DNA from: Oscillospiraceae bacterium
Lineage (GTDB): Bacteria; Bacillota; Clostridia; Oscillospirales; Oscillospiraceae
Direction: 5' to 3'
DNA: 64,000 bases
Assembly (NCBI GenBank): GCA_017416685.1
Contig: JAFQBN010000012.1
Location: 59,950-123,949 of the forward strand
This document shows, one piece after another, positions 59,799 to 64,000 of the stretch (positions within the stretch are counted from its first letter, which is position 1; each line of letters opens with the position of its first letter). The translations under genes were made by a program, and so were the position numbers. The notes beneath the pieces were generated by a model. The model worked only from the letters and a program-made list of their open reading frames with translations. It had not been told where the DNA came from and searched no databases.

Positions 59799-61205
59799 AT
59801 GGAAAAATTTCTGGAAATTGTTAAGCTTGTAAACGGCAAGCTTAACGACTTCGCCTGGGGCCCCATCATGCTGTTCCTGCTGATCGGCACCGGCGTGTAT
59901 CTGACCATCCGCACCCGCTGCATCCAGGTCAGCAAGTTCGGCTACATCATGAAGAACACCATCGGTTCCCTGTTCACCAAGAAGGACAAGGGCGACGGTA
60001 AGAACCTGACCGCCTTCCAGGCTGTCAGCACCGCCATGGCCGGCACCGTGGGTACCGGCAACATCGCCGGCGTCACCGGCGCTCTGTTCGTGGGCGGCCC
60101 CGGCGCCGTGTTCTGGATGTGGGTGTCCGCCTTCTTCGGTATGTGTACCAAGTACTCCGAGATCGCCCTGTCCATGAAGTTCCGTGAAAAGAAGAACGGC
60201 GTGTTTTTCGGCGGCCCCATGTACGCCATTGAAAAGGGTCTGGGCAAGAACTGGAAGTGGCTGGCCGTCATCTTCGCTATCCTGGGCGGTCTGACCTCCT
60301 TCGGTATCGGCAACATCGCCCAGTCCAGCGAGATCGCCGGCGCTGTCAGCAGTCTGTCCGGCGGCAAGATCTCCCTGCTGTGGGCCGGCATCATTCTGGC
60401 CATTGTGGTTGCCATCGTCGTCCTGGGCGGTGTCAAGCGCGTGGGTCAGGTCACCTCTTACATGGTCCCCTTCATGTCCATTTTCTACATTCTGGCCGGT
60501 ATCGCCGTCATCGTCCTGCGCATCACTGACGTCCCCGCCGCCTTCGCCACCATCTTCAAGAGCGCCTTCAGCTTCAAGGCTGTCGGCGGCGGTGTGATGG
60601 GCTACGCCATCATGGTCGCCATGCGTCAGGGCTTTGCCCGCGGCGTCTTCTCCAACGAGGCCGGTATGGGTTCCGCTCCCATCGCCCACTCCGCCAGCGA
60701 GACCGAGGAGCCTGCCCAGCAGGCCATGTGGGGCGTATTCGAGGTGTTCTTCGACACCATCATCATCTGCTCCATCACCGCCCTGACCGTTCTTTTGTCC
60801 GGCATGGAGCTGTCTCAGACCGCGCTGGAAGGCTTTGCTTCCAAGGGCGCTGCCGCTGTTGCCGCCTTCAACTCCATCCTGCCCGGCACTTTGGGCGGCA
60901 CCATCATTCAAATCAGCCTGATCTTCTTCGCCCTGTCCACCATCCTCAGCTGGAGCTACTACGGCGAGCGCTGCTGGGGCTACCTGACCAACAACAACAA
61001 GGTCTTCGACCTGTGCTACAAGATCGTGTTCGTTCTGATCTGCGTCGTGGGCGCCACCGGTTCCGGCACCCTGATGTGGGACATTGCCGACACCCTGAAC
61101 GGTCTGATGGCTCTGCCCAACCTGGTGGCTCTGCTGCTGCTGTCCGGCGTTGTGGCCAAGATCACCAAGGACTACTTCTTCTCCGGCAACAAGCTGAAAA
61201 AGTAA
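59799..61205 (+). CDS. Alanine/glycine:cation symporter (AGCS family)
   Basis: GTVGTGNIAGV, GGPGAVFWMW, GGPMYAI, RGVFSNEAGMGSAP, NGLMALPNL. Confidence 0.95.
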   Translation: MEKFLEIVKLVNGKLNDFAWGPIMLFLLIGTGVYLTIRTRCIQVSKFGYIMKNTIGSLFTKKDKGDGKNLTAFQAVSTAMAGTVGTGNIAGVTGALFVGGPGAVFWMWVSAFFGMCTKYSEIALSMKFREKKNGVFFGGPMYAIEKGLGKNWKWLAVIFAILGGLTSFGIGNIAQSSEIAGAVSSLSGGKISLLWAGIILAIVVAIVVLGGVKRVGQVTSYMVPFMSIFYILAGIAVIVLRITDVPAAFATIFKSAFSFKAVGGGVMGYAIMVAMRQGFARGVFSNEAGMGSAPIAHSASETEEPAQQAMWGVFEVFFDTIIICSITALTVLLSGMELSQTALEGFASKGAAAVAAFNSILPGTLGGTIIQISLIFFALSTILSWSYYGERCWGYLTNNNKVFDLCYKIVFVLICVVGATGSGTLMWDIADTLNGLMALPNLVALLLLSGVVAKITKDYFFSGNKLKK

Positions 61206-61295
61206 ATCTCCCCCTTCGTTTCCGCCCGGATGCTTGCCATCCGGGCGGATTTATGTTTTAATAACAGTAATCATCGAAAAAGGAGGGCAAGCGCC

Positions 61296-62660
61296 ATGCC
61301 TGCGTGGAAAAAGAATGATACCTGCACCCTGGACATCACCGGCTACACCAACGACGGCATGGGCGTGGCCCGGCTGGACGGTCTTGTGGTCTTTGTTCCC
61401 CGCACCATCCGGGGGGAACAATGGAAGGTCCAGCTGCTGAAAGTGAACAAGAACGTAGCCTGGGGCCGGGGCGTGGAGCTGATTACCCCCTCTCCCGCCC
61501 GCATCGAACCCGATTGTCCCCACTTCGGTCCCTGCGGCGGCTGTCAATTCCGCCACATGGACTACGCCGAGGAGCTGAACGCCAAGCGTCAGCAGGTGGA
61601 GGACGCCCTGCACCGCATCGGCGGAGCAGATATTTCTGTTGACATAATTCACGGCGCCCAGAGCACCTGCCGCTACCGCAACAAGGTGCAGTTCCCTGTG
61701 GCAGGCGGTGAGGACGGGGTGCGCCTTGGCCTGTTCCGCAGCCGCAGCCATCAGGTGCTGGATGTGGCCGACTGCCTGCTGCAGAGCGAGGGGGCAAACC
61801 GCCTTGGCCGGGCGTTGAAAGTGTGGATGGAGCAAAATTCTGTTGCACCCTATGACGAGCAGACCGGCGGCGGTCTGGTGCGCCACCTGTTCGTGCGTTC
61901 CAACCGGGCGGGTCAGCATCTGGCCTGCGTGGTAGTCAACGGCAAAAAGTTGCCCGACGAGGGTGGTCTGGTGTCCGCTCTGCGTGCTGCTGAGCCGGGC
62001 CTTGCGGGCGTGGTAATGAACATTAACCGCGAAGACACCAACGTGGTGCTGGGCGACCGCTATCGCACCCTTTGGGGCGAGGACCGGCTGGAGCAGACCC
62101 TGTGCGGCAAACACTTCCGCCTGTCCGTCCCCTCTTTCTTTCAGATCAATCCCCACCAGACTGAGGTTCTGTACTCCCGGGCGGTGGATTTTGCCGGACT
62201 GACCGGCAGCGAGACCGTGCTGGACCTCTACTGCGGCATCGGCACCATCAGTTTGGCCCTGGCTGACCACGCCGGAAAGGTCATCGGTGCGGAGATCGTA
62301 CCCGAGGCCATCGAGGATGCTAGAGAAAACGCCCGCCGCAATGGCGTGACCAACGCGGAGTTCTTCTGCGGCGATGCAGGTAAGATCGCCCAAAAGCTGG
62401 CTTCCGAGGGCGTGCATCCCGACGTTATCTGCGTGGACCCGCCCCGCAAGGGCCTTGCCCCCGGGGTGACGGACATTCTGGCAGACATGGCACCGGAGCG
62501 CATGGTGTACGTCTCCTGCGACCCGGCCACCCTTGCCCGGGACGTGAAGCTGCTGGCCGCTCGCGGCTATCGGCTTGTGAAAGCTGAGGCGGTGGATCTG
62601 TTCCCGAGAACGCACCACGTGGAAAGCGTGGCTCTGCTGTGCCGCAACGACCTGACATAA
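61296..62660 (+). CDS. rlmD: 23S rRNA (uracil(1939)-C5)-methyltransferase RlmD
   Basis: TRAM domain, CPHFGPCGGCQ, YRNK, SFFQIN, DLYCGIG, VDPPRKG, YVSCDPATLARD, DLFPRTHHVE. Confidence 0.93.
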   Translation: MPAWKKNDTCTLDITGYTNDGMGVARLDGLVVFVPRTIRGEQWKVQLLKVNKNVAWGRGVELITPSPARIEPDCPHFGPCGGCQFRHMDYAEELNAKRQQVEDALHRIGGADISVDIIHGAQSTCRYRNKVQFPVAGGEDGVRLGLFRSRSHQVLDVADCLLQSEGANRLGRALKVWMEQNSVAPYDEQTGGGLVRHLFVRSNRAGQHLACVVVNGKKLPDEGGLVSALRAAEPGLAGVVMNINREDTNVVLGDRYRTLWGEDRLEQTLCGKHFRLSVPSFFQINPHQTEVLYSRAVDFAGLTGSETVLDLYCGIGTISLALADHAGKVIGAEIVPEAIEDARENARRNGVTNAEFFCGDAGKIAQKLASEGVHPDVICVDPPRKGLAPGVTDILADMAPERMVYVSCDPATLARDVKLLAARGYRLVKAEAVDLFPRTHHVESVALLCRNDLT

Positions 62661-62690
62661 TCCATTGGGCATCATTAAGGAGGATTCTTT

Positions 62691-63728
62691 ATGATAAACG
62701 GAAAAATCGACCTGAGAAGCGACACCGTGACCGTACCCACCGACGAAATGCGTCAGGCTATGTTCCGGGCGGTTGTAGGTGACGACGTTTACGGCGACGA
62801 CGCCACCGTCAACGAGCTGGAGCGGCTGGCCGCCCAGCGTTTCGGCAAGGAGGCCGCCCTGTTTATGCCTACCGGCACCATGAGCAATCAGACCGCGGTC
62901 TTCACCTGGGTAAAAAACCGGGGTGACGAGGTCATTCTGCCCGATAACTGCCATGTGGTGGTACACGAAGCAGGTGCGGCGGCCATTCTTGCCGGCGCGC
63001 AGCTGCGGACGGTGCAGAATGTGGCCGGGGAAATGCCGCTGAATATTGTGGAACATTACATCCGCAAAGATCCCACGGACATCCATCAGCCCTCCACCGC
63101 CCTCATTACATACGAAAATGCCGACTCCGACGGACAGGTGCGCAGCGTGGAGTACATGAAGTCCGTGTGGGAACTGGCAAAGAAGTACAATCTGCCCGTC
63201 CACATTGACGGCGCCCGCATCTTCAATGCGGCCGCATTCCTGGGCGTGGATGTAATGCAGATGGCTCAGTACGCCGATTCCATTTCCGTGTGTCTTTCCA
63301 AGGGTCTGTGCGCCCCTGTTGGCTCCGTGCTGGTCGGCCCCAAGGCCTTTATCGACCTTGCCCGAAGAAAGCGCAAGATCCTCGGCGGCGGTATGCGTCA
63401 GGCCGGCATTCTGGCCGCGGCCGGCATCATCGCCCTGAACAACATGACCGACCGTTTGCAGCAGGACCACGACAACGCGGCCTATATGGCCCGGCGGCTG
63501 GGCGAGGTCAAGGGGCTGGAAGTGTACCGGGAGCGCCAGCAGATCAACATGGTCTTTTTCAAGCTGAAAGACTATCCTCTGGATTCCGCAGCTCTGGTCA
63601 AATACATGGCGGAGCATAATGTCATCATCAACGGCGAAGACAACGGCATGATGCGCTTTGTCTCCCACGCCTATGTGTCCAGAGAAGAAATCGACACGGT
63701 CATCGACCTGATGAAACAGGCGCAGTAA
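62691..63728 (+). CDS. ltaE: Low-specificity L-threonine aldolase
   Basis: DLRSDTVT, GDDVYGDD, PTGTMSNQ, HIDGARIFNA, CLSKGL.APVGS, KILGGGMRQAG. Confidence 0.93.
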   Translation: MINGKIDLRSDTVTVPTDEMRQAMFRAVVGDDVYGDDATVNELERLAAQRFGKEAALFMPTGTMSNQTAVFTWVKNRGDEVILPDNCHVVVHEAGAAAILAGAQLRTVQNVAGEMPLNIVEHYIRKDPTDIHQPSTALITYENADSDGQVRSVEYMKSVWELAKKYNLPVHIDGARIFNAAAFLGVDVMQMAQYADSISVCLSKGLCAPVGSVLVGPKAFIDLARRKRKILGGGMRQAGILAAAGIIALNNMTDRLQQDHDNAAYMARRLGEVKGLEVYRERQQINMVFFKLKDYPLDSAALVKYMAEHNVIINGEDNGMMRFVSHAYVSREEIDTVIDLMKQAQ

Positions 63729-63761
63729 ACCCCTAAGGCGGGACAGAAAGGCGGTTTTTTT

Positions 63762-64000
63762 ATGACGCAATGGCAGGGTAAAAAGTGGTATTGCTACGGC
63801 ACATCCATGACCGACAACACCACATTGCTCAATGGCCGGCACTGCGGCCACTATTCCAAGCATCTGGCCCAATTGGCCGGTTTGGAGGAACATAATTTCG
63901 GCAAGGCCGGCAGCGGCATTATTCCCAAATGTCACGATGCGGACAACGTCAAGTCACGCTGTATGCGCCTGTCCGACGGCAAGGCAGAGGCCGACCTCAT
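63762..64000 (+). CDS. 5' part of an SGNH/GDSL-type hydrolase (runs off the window)
   Basis: MTQWQGKKWYCYGTSMTD..NFGKAGSGI: block I and II-like motifs. Confidence 0.6.
   Translation, partial: MTQWQGKKWYCYGTSMTDNTTLLNGRHCGHYSKHLAQLAGLEEHNFGKAGSGIIPKCHDADNVKSRCMRLSDGKAEADL

Overview
GC-rich Firmicutes chromosomal segment, most consistent with a spore-forming, butyrate-producing Oscillospiraceae-like gut anaerobe (inferred from spoIIID, SLH proteins, a butyryl-CoA:acetate CoA-transferase and a bile-acid HSDH-like SDR). Mostly housekeeping: the end of a NitT/TauT-type ABC operon, rimP-nusA-ylxR-ylxQ-infB-rbfA-nrnA-truB-ribF, trmL-pgk-tpiA-gpmI-eno, thyA-folA, perR-rubrerythrin-SDR-rubredoxin, ftsH, rlmB, secA, a glycine riboswitch with an alanine/glycine symporter, rlmD and ltaE. 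The most striking accessory feature is a compact ~5 kb phage-derived module (14570-19565). It has an ImmA/ImmR-type immunity pair, a lambda-like divergent promoter region with five 14-bp operators, an 11-codon leader ORF, two small ORFs, a sigma70-region-4 protein, one 714-aa tail-fibre-like protein with two tandem lectin-like domains, a holin and a CHAP endolysin. All ORFs are intact and tightly coupled, but there is no integrase, att site, replication, head or tail-tube gene. Other notable items: a P1B-type ATPase homologue lacking all catalytic motifs, three mosaic orphan 553-aa solute-binding lipoproteins, a 46-bp duplication of the eno 3' end around a 192-bp insert, a probable 12alpha-HSDH inside an oxidative-stress cluster, and a rhodopsin-less ASRT-family gene. 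Family assignments come from motif recognition and recalled sequences only; no database searches were run.
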